NCBI GenBank assembly: GCA_036269115.1
Contig: DATAST010000081.1
Span: forward strand, 13,949 to 77,948
Direction of reading: 5' to 3'
DNA from: Verrucomicrobiia bacterium
GTDB lineage: Bacteria; Verrucomicrobiota; Verrucomicrobiia; Limisphaerales; UBA11358
DNA: 64,000 nt
A program made the position numbers and the translations under genes. Positions 18,409-29,883 of this stretch are shown piece after piece (the first letter of the stretch is position 1; the number at the start of each line of letters is the position of its first letter). The notes below the pieces were generated by a model, which did no database searches, was not told the origin of the DNA, and worked only from the letters and a program-made list of their open reading frames with translations.

Positions 18409-18924
18409 CTAGGATGACGAGCCGTTTTCCGTTTTTGATTTGCCATTCTTCACTTTTCGCTGCTCGGCAAAAAAGTTCTTGAGCAAAGCCCTGCATTCCG
18501 GTTCCCGCAGGCCGCTGGTAATCGCGCAACGATGGTTGAGGGTGGGAAATTGAAGCAAATTCATCGCGCTGCCTGCCGCGCCTGCTTTGGGATCGCTTGC
18601 CCCGAAAATAACGCGCTCAATCCGGGTATGAACGATGGCGCCAGCGCACATCGGACAGGGTTCTTTCGTCACGTAAAGCGAACAATCCGTCAGGCGCCAA
18701 TCGCCCACAGCCTCCTGGGCTTGTGTGAGAGCGAGCATCTCGGCATGGGCCGTGGCATCCTTGAGCAATTCCACCTGGTTGAATGCCCGCGCGATAATAC
18801 GGCCGCCGCGCACAACTATCGCCCCAATCGGCGTTTCCTCCGCCTCATAGGCGCGCGCCGCCTGGCGTAGCGCTTCGCCCATGAAATAATCGTCGCTGTG
18901 CAGGTCAATGATCGGTTCGTCCAT
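18409..18924 (-). CDS. tadA: tRNA adenosine(34) deaminase
   Basis: CMP/dCMP deaminase zinc motifs HAEMLAL and PCPMCAGA. The length and context are TadA-like. The start is at MDEPII; an alternative lies 10 codons upstream at 18954. Confidence 0.9.
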   Translation of the reverse strand: MDEPIIDLHSDDYFMGEALRQAARAYEAEETPIGAIVVRGGRIIARAFNQVELLKDATAHAEMLALTQAQEAVGDWRLTDCSLYVTKEPCPMCAGAIVHTRIERVIFGASDPKAGAAGSAMNLLQFPTLNHRCAITSGLREPECRALLKNFFAEQRKVKNGKSKTENGSSS

Positions 18925-19158
18925 GCAGCCAAAATGGTAGAGCGAAGAATACAAAAATGAAGGCTAATTGTACGAATCTGTTGATTCAGCAAGGAATCAG
19001 GAATTGAAAGATAAATGAAGACCGTGTTTGAGAGATAAACGAACGATCCAAAATAAACGTCGCGAATAATCGTTTCAAACGCTAATCAGGCGTTCCCCTT
19101 CCGGATACAACTCCACAAATTTTGCTGTGTTTTCCGTGGGCAATGTTAAGCTAAACGT

Positions 19159-21246
<2,088 letters not shown>

Positions 21247-21321
21247 ACCGTTGAAGGGTTTCCGTCGTTCGATTGCTTGCTTGTTGTTGCCGGCCAACAC
21301 TTCAGCGCTTCAACGAGTCTG

Positions 21322-22470
21322 TCAATGTTTTAACCCCAACACCAACACAACCAGATCGACCACAAAGAGCAAAATGATCGTTCCTTCCAAAATCATCATC
21401 CAGCGGTTGGTCTGGTCCTGTTTCAGCAGCTGGTAAAGTTCCGCCAGCGTTTTTATTTTTCCTTCAATGTTCCTGTGCCATCCATTCAGGTGAAAACGGG
21501 TCGCCAGCTTTTCATAGATGCGCGCCAGGTGCCAGTCGCCAAAAAATTTGGTGATGTTGGAAAGTTCGTCGGTAAACCGCGCCAGGTCTATTCGGATTTC
21601 CCGCAATTGTCGCAGTGTGTCGGCCCGCGACCGCAGCGTGCGATCAGACAAATCGCGATAAGAACGCTCCAGGGCGTTGTCCAATATCCGGTCGTACGCT
21701 TCCAGTTCGGCCAATTGCAGGTTCGCCAATTCCATGATGTAAAGCGTCTCGTCAAAATCCTCCGGCTCGTCCACCAGCAACGCCGCGTCCCAGTCTATCA
21801 CCACCAGGTCATTATCGTAATAACTCAAATAGCGCCCGGTGGATTCCTCAGACTCCTGCTTCGAGAGACGGCCCCCCTCGGGCTCCTGCGTCAGCAAGGC
21901 GGCAACGCCGCGGCGGTGTATCTGAAACCAGTTTTCAGCGCTGATCGGCAGGCCGTCCCGGCCTGTGGGCGGCGCCGTAATGCAAAAAACCGTGTACGCT
22001 TCTTCTTCGGGCAATTGTTCCTGCGGGCGAATAAAATGGCTTTTGAGTTCTGCGACCACCTCTTGCGCCAGCCGGCGGGCCTCGTCGTGAAGTGAGCAGT
22101 CGCCAAACTTTAAATCGTGAAACACCACCAGGTCTTCGATTTTTCCCACTGAAAACGGTACGCGCATCGTGATGCTGATGGCGCCGACCGGCAATAATTT
22201 GATCGCCCGTTCCACCGGGATTCTGCCAAAGGGTCCATCGCGATCTATCGCCGGCAGCCGAACCATTTGCGGTTTGTAAAAGAAAAACTGACGCGGGTTG
22301 CGCTTGCTGCCATCCATCGAAAACTGCTCAACCGGCTGGCCCAGCAATTGGTGCAGGGGTTGCCGCGCTGTGTCGTAGGCGACGTCAAACGCGTAGATAT
22401 AGACAACCTGGCCGGTATAACGTTCCTCCGAACGGGCGGCCGGCCTGATCTGGGATGCGGGCGCTATCAT
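21322..22470 (-). CDS. hypothetical protein with a single C-terminal TM helix (RMD1/DUF155- or CorA-like topology)
   Basis: 382 aa. A soluble N-terminal domain is followed by coiled-coil-like helices and the terminal TM WMMILEGTIILLFVVDLVVLVLGL. The family call is tentative. Confidence 0.55.
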   Translation of the reverse strand: MIAPASQIRPAARSEERYTGQVVYIYAFDVAYDTARQPLHQLLGQPVEQFSMDGSKRNPRQFFFYKPQMVRLPAIDRDGPFGRIPVERAIKLLPVGAISITMRVPFSVGKIEDLVVFHDLKFGDCSLHDEARRLAQEVVAELKSHFIRPQEQLPEEEAYTVFCITAPPTGRDGLPISAENWFQIHRRGVAALLTQEPEGGRLSKQESEESTGRYLSYYDNDLVVIDWDAALLVDEPEDFDETLYIMELANLQLAELEAYDRILDNALERSYRDLSDRTLRSRADTLRQLREIRIDLARFTDELSNITKFFGDWHLARIYEKLATRFHLNGWHRNIEGKIKTLAELYQLLKQDQTNRWMMILEGTIILLFVVDLVVLVLGLKH

Positions 22471-22518
22471 ACCTGAAAATACCCCACTTTTGACTCACAG
22501 GCAAAAAGGGGAGATCGC

Positions 22519-22545
22519 ATTGGCGCCGTTGATTTCGGCGCCAAT
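22519..22545. promoter_or_regulatory. perfect 9-bp inverted repeat (ATTGGCGCC-N9-GGCGCCAAT) in a divergent promoter region
   Basis: Read directly from the sequence. It lies about 50-75 nt upstream of the minus-strand gene start (22470) and about 250 nt upstream of the giant plus-strand gene. Confidence 0.4.
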
Positions 22546-22702
22546 AAAATACTCTTCGAAAATTTATTGCCCGGAACTGTAACCTTTCCCCCGATTTCAT
22601 TTATAGAACAGAGAATGCCATAAATGTGGCGTTCTCCGCATAGAAGGTGGGATGGGTATTCTAGCTTAAACGACGTGGTCCGTGTACTTTACGTCAAAAA
22701 GC

Positions 22703-22731
22703 TTGACAGCCCACATCTGATATGTAGTAAT
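22703..22731 (+). promoter_or_regulatory. sigma-70-like promoter candidate for the giant Ig/LamG gene
   Basis: TTGACA (22703-22708), a 16-17 nt spacer, then TAGTAAT (22725-22731). It lies about 65 nt upstream of the ATG at 22795. Confidence 0.35.
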
Positions 22732-22794
22732 GGATACCGCCTTGCTGTCACGAAGGGCGAAAATTGCGGTTTCTTGAGTTGAGAAAGGACGATT

Positions 22795-25700
22795 ATGATA
22801 ACGAAACATGTTAAAAACGTTTGGGCGTCGATTCTTTTAGCTTCAACGTTTTTGGTCTTCGCCAACCTGCAGCCCGCCTATGCGGTATTGGTTTTCCCTC
22901 CGGTTATCACAGCCGACCCAACCAATCAAACGGTAACCGCAACGGCAACAGCTACTTTCAGTGTGACTGCCGACGGCAGCGCTCCTTTAAGTTATCAATG
23001 GTATTTTAATGACGCCGCAATCACGGATGCCACAAATTCGGTATTCACCCTGGACGATGTGCAACCAGGCGAGGCCGGTGCGTATTACGCGACGGTGAGC
23101 AACGCCTATGGCTCGGTCACTAGCGCCACGGCCACATTGACAGTCAATGCGACGTTCCCGCCTGAAGCTCCCTACATCATCACCGAGCCCACCAACCAGA
23201 CGGTGACAGCGGGTGATACAGCCGCTTTCAACATACTCGCCGTCGGCGGATCTCCTTTGAGTTATCAATGGTATTTCAATGGGACGAATTTGTGGGGCGC
23301 AACCAGCGCGACTTTAATTTTAAATGGCGTGAGCTCCGGCTATGCAGGCCCATATTACGTCACCGTAACCGACACCAATGGATCAGTCACCAGTTCCATA
23401 GTCACATTGACCGTTAATGCATCCAGCCCATCTCAGGCCCCCTATATTATCACCCAGCCATCCGACGAAACAGTGACTGCTGGTAGTACGGCCACATTCA
23501 GCGTAACTGCGGGCGGCGCCACTCCGTTGAGCTATCTTTGGTATTTTGACGGGACGAATGTCGTCGGTACGAACGCGACCCTGGTTTTGGACGATGTGAG
23601 TCTCGCCAATACCGGCAGTTATCAGGTTTTCATATCCAATGCCTACGGTTCCACCAACAGCATTCCGGTTATACTTAGCGTCAATTCCTCCGGCCCGTCG
23701 CAGGCACCCTACATCGTCGCCCAACCGGCCAATCAGACTGTAACAGCAGGCGGCACAGCCACTTTCAGCGTGACCGCAGGCGGCGCCGCTCCGTTGAGCT
23801 ATCTTTGGTATTTTGACGGGACAAATGTCGTCGGCACGAACGCGACCTTGGTTTTGAACGATGTGAGTCTTGCCAATACCGGCAGTTATCAGGTTTTCAT
23901 TTCCAATGCCTATGGTTCCACCAACAGCATTCCCGTCCTCTTGAGCGTCAGTTCCGCTTCGTCGTGCGACCCGGCGCCCTCAGGCATCGTTGCCTGGTGG
24001 CCAGGAGAGAGCAATACCGATGACATTATCGGGGGCAATAACGGCATTGCTTCAACGGAATTGGGCTACACCACCGGCGAAGTGGGCCAGGCCTTTTCGA
24101 TGAATAGCACCAACGCCAACTTCTTTGCGCCCGCAAGCCCCAGTCTGAATGTGGGCACGCACGGCACCGGCTTGACGATGGAAGCCTGGATTAAACCATC
24201 CAATGTCAATGGCATGCAGCCGATCGCAGAATGGAACAGCTCCCCTGAAAACCCGCCGCATTCCGGAAGCATCGGCGTGCAGCTGTGGATAGGTCAAAAT
24301 CCAGCCAGCGAGGGCGTCCTCTGTGCGACCTTTATGCAAACCAATGACGCCAATTTCATGCAGGTCTCTTCGCCATCAGGCTCGCTGGTTCCCAATGTCT
24401 GGCAGCATGTGGCCATGACTTACGACAAGACCAATGGCACGATTACTCTTTACATTAATGAGACCATGGTGGCCAGCCAGTTTTGGGGCCATTTTATACC
24501 GGACACAAGCTACAACTTCTGGGTGGACCATCGGCCGGGCGACGAGCCGGGTGATTGGACCTATGGAACATTCCTGAGTGGACCGCTGGACGAGTTGAGC
24601 CTTTATAACCGCGCGCTCTCTTCAGATGAAATAGCCGCTATTTACCAGGCAGGTTCGGAGGGCAAATGCACGCCCGCTTCAACGATGGCTCCGTATATCA
24701 TCAAACAACCCACCAATCAGACGGTAACTGTGGGAGGCACAGCCACTTTCAGCGTGACCGCAGGCGGCGCGGCTCCGTTGCAATATCTTTGGTATTTTGA
24801 CGGGACGAATCTCGTTGGCACGAACGCGACCCTGGTTTTGAACGATGTGAGCCTCGCCAATACCGGTAGTTACCAGGTTTTCGTCTCGAATGCTTACGGG
24901 ACCACCAACAGCATTCCCGTTTTGCTAAGCGTCAGTTCCTCATCGTCCTGCTATCCGGCACCCTCAGGCATCGTTGCCTGGTGGCCCGGTGAGGGAAATA
25001 CCGATGACATTATCGGCGGCAATAACGGTGTGGTCACCAACGGAACCGTTGGCTATACGGCGGCAGAGGTGGGGCTGGGATTCAATTTCAATGGTGGTCC
25101 CAACCGGCTGATTGTGCCGGATGCGCCCTCATTGGACATTGGGTCTAACGTCGACTTTACGATTGAAGGATGGATTCGGGCGTATCCAACCAACACGCCG
25201 CAGGGAGTCATGAGCATCATCGATAAGCGCTATGCGCCCAACAGCGTCCAGTGCCGGGGTTACGAAATCTGCCTCTACAACGGGCAGGTGAATCTGCGGA
25301 TCTCAGACGATCCTTCCGGCAATGGTGCGAATTGGACAGCCGGGCCCAATCTTTTGGACGGGCAATTGCATTATATTGCCGCTACAATCGCGCGCGATTC
25401 GACTAATGGCGGCAACCTTTATGTGGACGGGATAAATGTGCTGCAATTCGATCCGACATCGGTGGAAGGGGACTTGACGACAACTCAGCCATTGCGAATC
25501 GGCAACCATCCTGACCCAACGTATACTGCGTTTTTCGACGGACAAATCGACGAACTGTCGCTTTATAAACGCGCTCTGTCCTCCAGCGAAATTGCCGCTA
25601 TTTACCAGGCGGGTTCGGAAGGCAAATGCACTCCGATTTCAACCCTGGCTCCTTATATCATCACTCAACCAGCAAATCAGACAGTCGCCGCAGGAGGCAC

Positions 25701-27660
25701 AGCCATATTCAGTGTGGCCGCCGGTGGCGCTGCTCCGTTGAGCTATATATGGTATTTTGACAACACGATTGGGGTCGGGACGAACGCGACTTTGGTTTTG
25801 CATAATGTTACCTCCGCAAATGCTGGTAATTATCAGGTCTTCGTTTCCAATGCCTATGGCTCGACCAATAGCGTCACAATCACATTGGCTGTCAGTTCGT
25901 CATCTACCAACCAGGCACCCTACATCATCACCCAGCCAACGAATGAGACAGTCACCGCAGGCGGTACAGCCACATTCAGTGTGACTGCAGGCGGCTCCGC
26001 TCCGTTGCAATATCTTTGGTATTTTGACGGGACGAATGTCGTCGGCACAAACGCGACCCTGGTTTTGGACGATGTCAGTCTTGCCAATACCGGTAGTTAT
26101 CAGGTTTTCATCTCCAATGCCTATGGTTCCACCAACAGCATTCCAGTCACGCTGAGTGTTAGTTCCGCTTCGTCGTGCGATCCGGCGCCCTCAGGCATCG
26201 TTGCCTGGTGGCCCGGTGAGGGAAATACCGATGACATTATCGGCGGCAATAACGGTGTGGTCACCAACGGAACCGTTGGCTATGCGGGGGCAGAGGTGGG
26301 GCTGGGATTCAATTTCAATGGCGGTCCCAATCGCTTGATTGTGCCGGATGCACCCTCGTTGGACATCGGGTCGAACGTCGACTTTACGATTGAAGGATGG
26401 ATTCGGGCGTATCCAACCAATACACCCCAAGGCGTCATGAGTATCATAGACAAACGCTATGCCCCCAATAGCGTCCAGTGCCAGGGTTACGAAATCTGCC
26501 TCTACAACGGGCAGGTGAATCTGCGTATATCGGACAATCCATCCGGTAATGGCGGGAACTGGACGGCCGGGCCCAATCTTTTAGACGGGCAGTTGCATCA
26601 TATTGCCGCTACCGTGGTGCGCGATTCGACTAATGGCGGCAATCTTTATGTGGACGGGACAAACGTGTTGCGATTTGATCCGACATCGGTGGAAGGGGAT
26701 TTGACAACGACTCAGCCTTTGCGAATCGGCAACCATCCTGACCCAACGTATACTGCGTTTTTCGACGGACAAATCGACGAACTGTCGCTTTATAAGCGCG
26801 CTGTGTCCTCCAGCGAAATCGTCGCAATTTATCATGCGGGTTCGGAAGGAAAATGTACTCCGACTTCAACATCGGCTCCTTATATCATCACTCAACCGGC
26901 AAATCAGACCGTTACCGAAGGAGGAACCGCCACATTCAGTGTGGCTGCCGGTGGTACTGCCCCCTTGAGCTATCTTTGGTACTTTGACCAGACGAATGTG
27001 GTCGGCACAAACGCGACTTTGGTTTTGGATAATGTGACCCCTGCCAACGTGGGCGCTTATCAAGTCTTCATTTCCAATGCCCATGGTTCAACCAACAGCA
27101 TTTCGGTCACGCTGAACGTCTTTGCGCCCCCACCCCAGGTCACTCACTTTGCATGGAGCCCAATTCCATCGCCTCGGTTCCGCGCCGTGCCGTTCACGGT
27201 TACAATCACCGCACTGGATGCGGGAAACAATATCGTCACGAATTTCACGAGCACTGTTCACCTCACTTCGACCAACCTCCCTGTCTCTGTCCCGATAACT
27301 CCACTGGTCACAACCAATTTTGTCCAGGGCAGTTGGACTGGAACGGTGGAAGTCCTTGCACCCGCAACCAATGTGCTCTTGCTCGCCACGGATGCGTTGG
27401 GCCATCGCGGCATTTCAAATCCGTTCGTTGTAGTAAACACTCCAATGCTGATTCCGACAGAGTTTGGCAAACAGATGCAAATCATGTGGCCGGTAAACCC
27501 TGCAGGATTTGTGCTCGAAATGACAACGAACCTCGCTCTAGGCAACTGGGTTCCCGTGCCTGGACAACCACTGCAATCGAGCAATCAATGTACCGAAGCG
27601 ATAAAGCCGCCGTCTGCTAATGGTTCAGTCTTTTATCGCCTCCATTACACCGGACAATAG
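22795..27660 (+). CDS. giant secreted/surface repeat protein: 8 Ig-like (I-set type) domains interleaved with 3 LamG/concanavalin-like domains plus a C-terminal module
   Basis: 1621 aa with a signal peptide (ILLASTFLVFANLQPAYA). Repeated units are APYIITQPxNQTVTAGGTATFSVTAGGxAPLSYLWYFDGTN..GSYQVFISNAYGSTNS. LamG-type units start C(D/Y)PAPSGIVAWWPGE and end IDELSLYxRALSSxEIAAIYQAGSEGKC. Confidence 0.9.
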   Translation: MITKHVKNVWASILLASTFLVFANLQPAYAVLVFPPVITADPTNQTVTATATATFSVTADGSAPLSYQWYFNDAAITDATNSVFTLDDVQPGEAGAYYATVSNAYGSVTSATATLTVNATFPPEAPYIITEPTNQTVTAGDTAAFNILAVGGSPLSYQWYFNGTNLWGATSATLILNGVSSGYAGPYYVTVTDTNGSVTSSIVTLTVNASSPSQAPYIITQPSDETVTAGSTATFSVTAGGATPLSYLWYFDGTNVVGTNATLVLDDVSLANTGSYQVFISNAYGSTNSIPVILSVNSSGPSQAPYIVAQPANQTVTAGGTATFSVTAGGAAPLSYLWYFDGTNVVGTNATLVLNDVSLANTGSYQVFISNAYGSTNSIPVLLSVSSASSCDPAPSGIVAWWPGESNTDDIIGGNNGIASTELGYTTGEVGQAFSMNSTNANFFAPASPSLNVGTHGTGLTMEAWIKPSNVNGMQPIAEWNSSPENPPHSGSIGVQLWIGQNPASEGVLCATFMQTNDANFMQVSSPSGSLVPNVWQHVAMTYDKTNGTITLYINETMVASQFWGHFIPDTSYNFWVDHRPGDEPGDWTYGTFLSGPLDELSLYNRALSSDEIAAIYQAGSEGKCTPASTMAPYIIKQPTNQTVTVGGTATFSVTAGGAAPLQYLWYFDGTNLVGTNATLVLNDVSLANTGSYQVFVSNAYGTTNSIPVLLSVSSSSSCYPAPSGIVAWWPGEGNTDDIIGGNNGVVTNGTVGYTAAEVGLGFNFNGGPNRLIVPDAPSLDIGSNVDFTIEGWIRAYPTNTPQGVMSIIDKRYAPNSVQCRGYEICLYNGQVNLRISDDPSGNGANWTAGPNLLDGQLHYIAATIARDSTNGGNLYVDGINVLQFDPTSVEGDLTTTQPLRIGNHPDPTYTAFFDGQIDELSLYKRALSSSEIAAIYQAGSEGKCTPISTLAPYIITQPANQTVAAGGTAIFSVAAGGAAPLSYIWYFDNTIGVGTNATLVLHNVTSANAGNYQVFVSNAYGSTNSVTITLAVSSSSTNQAPYIITQPTNETVTAGGTATFSVTAGGSAPLQYLWYFDGTNVVGTNATLVLDDVSLANTGSYQVFISNAYGSTNSIPVTLSVSSASSCDPAPSGIVAWWPGEGNTDDIIGGNNGVVTNGTVGYAGAEVGLGFNFNGGPNRLIVPDAPSLDIGSNVDFTIEGWIRAYPTNTPQGVMSIIDKRYAPNSVQCQGYEICLYNGQVNLRISDNPSGNGGNWTAGPNLLDGQLHHIAATVVRDSTNGGNLYVDGTNVLRFDPTSVEGDLTTTQPLRIGNHPDPTYTAFFDGQIDELSLYKRAVSSSEIVAIYHAGSEGKCTPTSTSAPYIITQPANQTVTEGGTATFSVAAGGTAPLSYLWYFDQTNVVGTNATLVLDNVTPANVGAYQVFISNAHGSTNSISVTLNVFAPPPQVTHFAWSPIPSPRFRAVPFTVTITALDAGNNIVTNFTSTVHLTSTNLPVSVPITPLVTTNFVQGSWTGTVEVLAPATNVLLLATDALGHRGISNPFVVVNTPMLIPTEFGKQMQIMWPVNPAGFVLEMTTNLALGNWVPVPGQPLQSSNQCTEAIKPPSANGSVFYRLHYTGQ
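24688..27141 (+). repeat. in-frame tandem duplication, 2 x 1227 nt (Ig-LamG-Ig unit) inside the giant gene
   Basis: Unit A is 24688-25914 and unit B is 25915-27141. The offset is exactly 1227 nt (409 codons). For example, 24961-25056 is identical to 26188-26283 (96/96 nt). Confidence 0.9.
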
Positions 27661-27680
27661 AGTCGGACGCAAAACAGGGC

Positions 27681-27805
27681 CGGGAGGGACGGCGCGCGGC
27701 GCGTCACCGCGCGTACAGCGCGCGGAACGAAATCCGAAAGAACGTCCTATTACGTTCGTTGCGCCGCTACACGCAGCGCGGACCGTGCAGCGCGCCGTCG
27801 CGGCC
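27681..27805. repeat. GC-rich intergenic repeat element, full copy with long imperfect hairpin
   Basis: GGGACGGCGCGC... (27686-27697). The terminal inverted repeat is GACGGCGCGC (27688-27697) / GCGCGCCGTC (27790-27799). The central hairpin is GAACGT-cctatt-ACGTTC. It is homologous to 51320-51413. Confidence 0.6.
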
Positions 27806-27927
27806 GCCCAAAATCAAGAACAGTCCATTGGCCAGATGGCAGGATATTTCTTCTTGCCATCCGACGCGCCAGGACTACATTCCTATTTGGAACAATAACC
27901 ATTAGGACAATTCAACCTCGTATTTCT

Positions 27928-28638
27928 ATGAAAAAAATTCTTTTCAGCGCAGCGGCCATCCTGGCCGGGTCGTTATTGGCTGCCTATGCCGATCCCAAAG
28001 ATGATGTGACGGGTGCCGCTCAAAAACTCATCACTGGAGCCAATTATAGCTGGCAAACCACTGTGGTGGTTCCAGCCGGCTCCCGATTCAAACCCGGTCC
28101 CACTGATGGCAAAATACAGGGGAACATGACCGACGTTAAAATGTCCTTTGGCGATAATCACACGCAATTCATCATTGATGGAACCAACGCCGTGATCACA
28201 GACCCGGACGATGGTTCATGGGAAAAGTTGTCGGACGTGGATACGCAGGGCATGGGACGATTTCTCGTCGGGATGGTGCAGAATTTCAAAGGCTCGGCTT
28301 CGCAGGCCGCCGACCTCGCTGCGGACGCGCAGTCTCTTCAGCAAAGCGGTAACTCTATTACCGGTTCACTGACCGCAGATGGCGCTAAAAAACTCATGAC
28401 GTTTGGGCGCGGCCGGCGCGGCGGCGGCAATGGCCCGTCCATCAGCAATCCTTCCGGCACAGTGACATTCTGGGTTGATGGCGGCCAATTGACAAAATTC
28501 GAGTTCCACGTCAAAGGCACGATGGCAGGCCGTGACGGCAACGACATTCCCGTCGACCGCGACACCACCGTCAAGATCTCGGACGTCGGCACTACGAAGA
28601 TTGACGTTCCTGCGGATGCGAAGAAACTCCTGCCCTGA
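27928..28638 (+). CDS. secreted hypothetical protein
   Basis: 236 aa with signal peptide MKKILFSAAAILAGSLLAAYA. It is beta-rich with a Gly/Arg loop (GRGRRGGGNG). No family is recognised. Confidence 0.7.
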   Translation: MKKILFSAAAILAGSLLAAYADPKDDVTGAAQKLITGANYSWQTTVVVPAGSRFKPGPTDGKIQGNMTDVKMSFGDNHTQFIIDGTNAVITDPDDGSWEKLSDVDTQGMGRFLVGMVQNFKGSASQAADLAADAQSLQQSGNSITGSLTADGAKKLMTFGRGRRGGGNGPSISNPSGTVTFWVDGGQLTKFEFHVKGTMAGRDGNDIPVDRDTTVKISDVGTTKIDVPADAKKLLP

Positions 28639-28737
28639 GCAGTCGTCAGTACTAAACTAGTCAGCCGCGAGCATTTGGCGTGCGTAGTGCGTGATTCGTC
28701 AAGCGGACACGGGTCACGTATAACGATCAATACACTT

Positions 28738-29136
28738 ATGTTTTTGCAATCAAGGCGCCTCAAAGTGTCGTGCATCGTATTTGCCTTGTTCGGCGCTTTT
28801 GGTTGTACAACATTCCTTCGTCACCTGCCGGAAAACACGATAGAGAGTAAACTTTATAAGATCACTCCATTAGGAACTTCCTACGAGGTGGCGACGAACA
28901 AACTTGCTAAGCGGTTCAGCGCGATCCAATTCGATGATCAAAATGGTTTCGAGTTCCAAGGTTGGCCTGAGCCGCCACGGCTAGTTGGAATAAAATCTAT
29001 TGAAGTTGATTTCGGTGATTATTCACTTATCCCTCTTTTCCCAATAGTCACGACCTCGGTCACAGCGTACTGGGGCTTTGACCACAACGGCAAACTTATC
29101 GAGATTTGGGTCTGGAAATGCAGTAATTCAATATAG
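28738..29136 (+). CDS. small hypothetical lipoprotein-like protein
   Basis: The start at MFLQSRRLKVSCIVFALFGAFGC gives a lipobox-like LFGAFGC. 132 aa. No family is recognised. Confidence 0.55.
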   Translation: MFLQSRRLKVSCIVFALFGAFGCTTFLRHLPENTIESKLYKITPLGTSYEVATNKLAKRFSAIQFDDQNGFEFQGWPEPPRLVGIKSIEVDFGDYSLIPLFPIVTTSVTAYWGFDHNGKLIEIWVWKCSNSI

Positions 29137-29199
29137 GACGGCGTTTCAGTTGTGTCCGAATTCAAGCAGAACAAGGATGTGTCCATTCCGCAATCCGCA

Positions 29200-29865
29200 T
29201 TAATTCTTGGATCCTTCACGCGACCAATGGATAGCGTGGAGCATGACCTCCGTTGAACTCTTGAGCTGCAGTTTCTCTTTAATGCGGTTTCGGAACGAGT
29301 TGACGGTGGGTATGGTCACATTCATTTCCTCGGCGATTTCGCGGACGCCTTTTCCCAAACCGAGCATTTGGAAGACCTCCAGTTCACGGTCGCTCAATCG
29401 TTCCAATGGAGAGGGCGGGACCTCTTCGGAGCCGCGCATAAACTTGGTAATAACAGTACTGGCCATCTTTTCGCTCAAGTGCATATCGCCCCCAAGAACC
29501 TTGCGAATGGCGGTTTTGACCGTTTTGGCCGGCTCCTGTTTCATCACGTAACCCATTGCGCCCGCCCGCAGGGCGCGCTCGGCATAGAGGGACTCTTCGT
29601 GCATGGAAACCACAAGGACAGGATAGTCTTCGCTCTCGTTTTTAATGGCCTTGATGAGGTCAATGCCGCTGGTCCCACCCAACGTGATGTCCACCACCAC
29701 AAGATCGGGCTTGAGCTTGCGAATTTCGAGCAAAGCGCTCTCGGCTTCAGCGGCGTCACCGCAGACGGTCAGGTCGGGCTCGCGATCAATAAGTTGCCGC
29801 AGTCCCTCCCGGAACATTGTATGGTCGTCCACGAGGAATATCCTGCTTTTGTCTGGCCTGTTCAC
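29200..29865 (-). CDS. NarL/FixJ-type response regulator (REC + LuxR HTH)
   Basis: IFLVDDHTMFREGL, DLVVVDITLGGTSG and the C-terminal LSDRELEVFQMLGLGKGVREIAEEMNVTIPTVNSFRNRI. Confidence 0.9.
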   Translation of the reverse strand: MNRPDKSRIFLVDDHTMFREGLRQLIDREPDLTVCGDAAEAESALLEIRKLKPDLVVVDITLGGTSGIDLIKAIKNESEDYPVLVVSMHEESLYAERALRAGAMGYVMKQEPAKTVKTAIRKVLGGDMHLSEKMASTVITKFMRGSEEVPPSPLERLSDRELEVFQMLGLGKGVREIAEEMNVTIPTVNSFRNRIKEKLQLKSSTEVMLHAIHWSREGSKN

Positions 29866-29883
29866 GATGACAATATAGCGTTT

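Noticed and set aside
22795-27660. Regularly spaced repeats that could suggest a CRISPR array or satellite
   Set aside because: The repeats are 250-1227 nt long, in frame, and encode Ig/LamG protein domains within one continuous ORF. There are no short direct repeats with unique spacers and no cas genes.
27620-27898. 92-aa plus-strand ORF after the giant gene
   Set aside because: It is a translation of the GC-rich repeat element (GTARGASPRVQRAERN...). It overlaps the end of the giant gene and has no start context.
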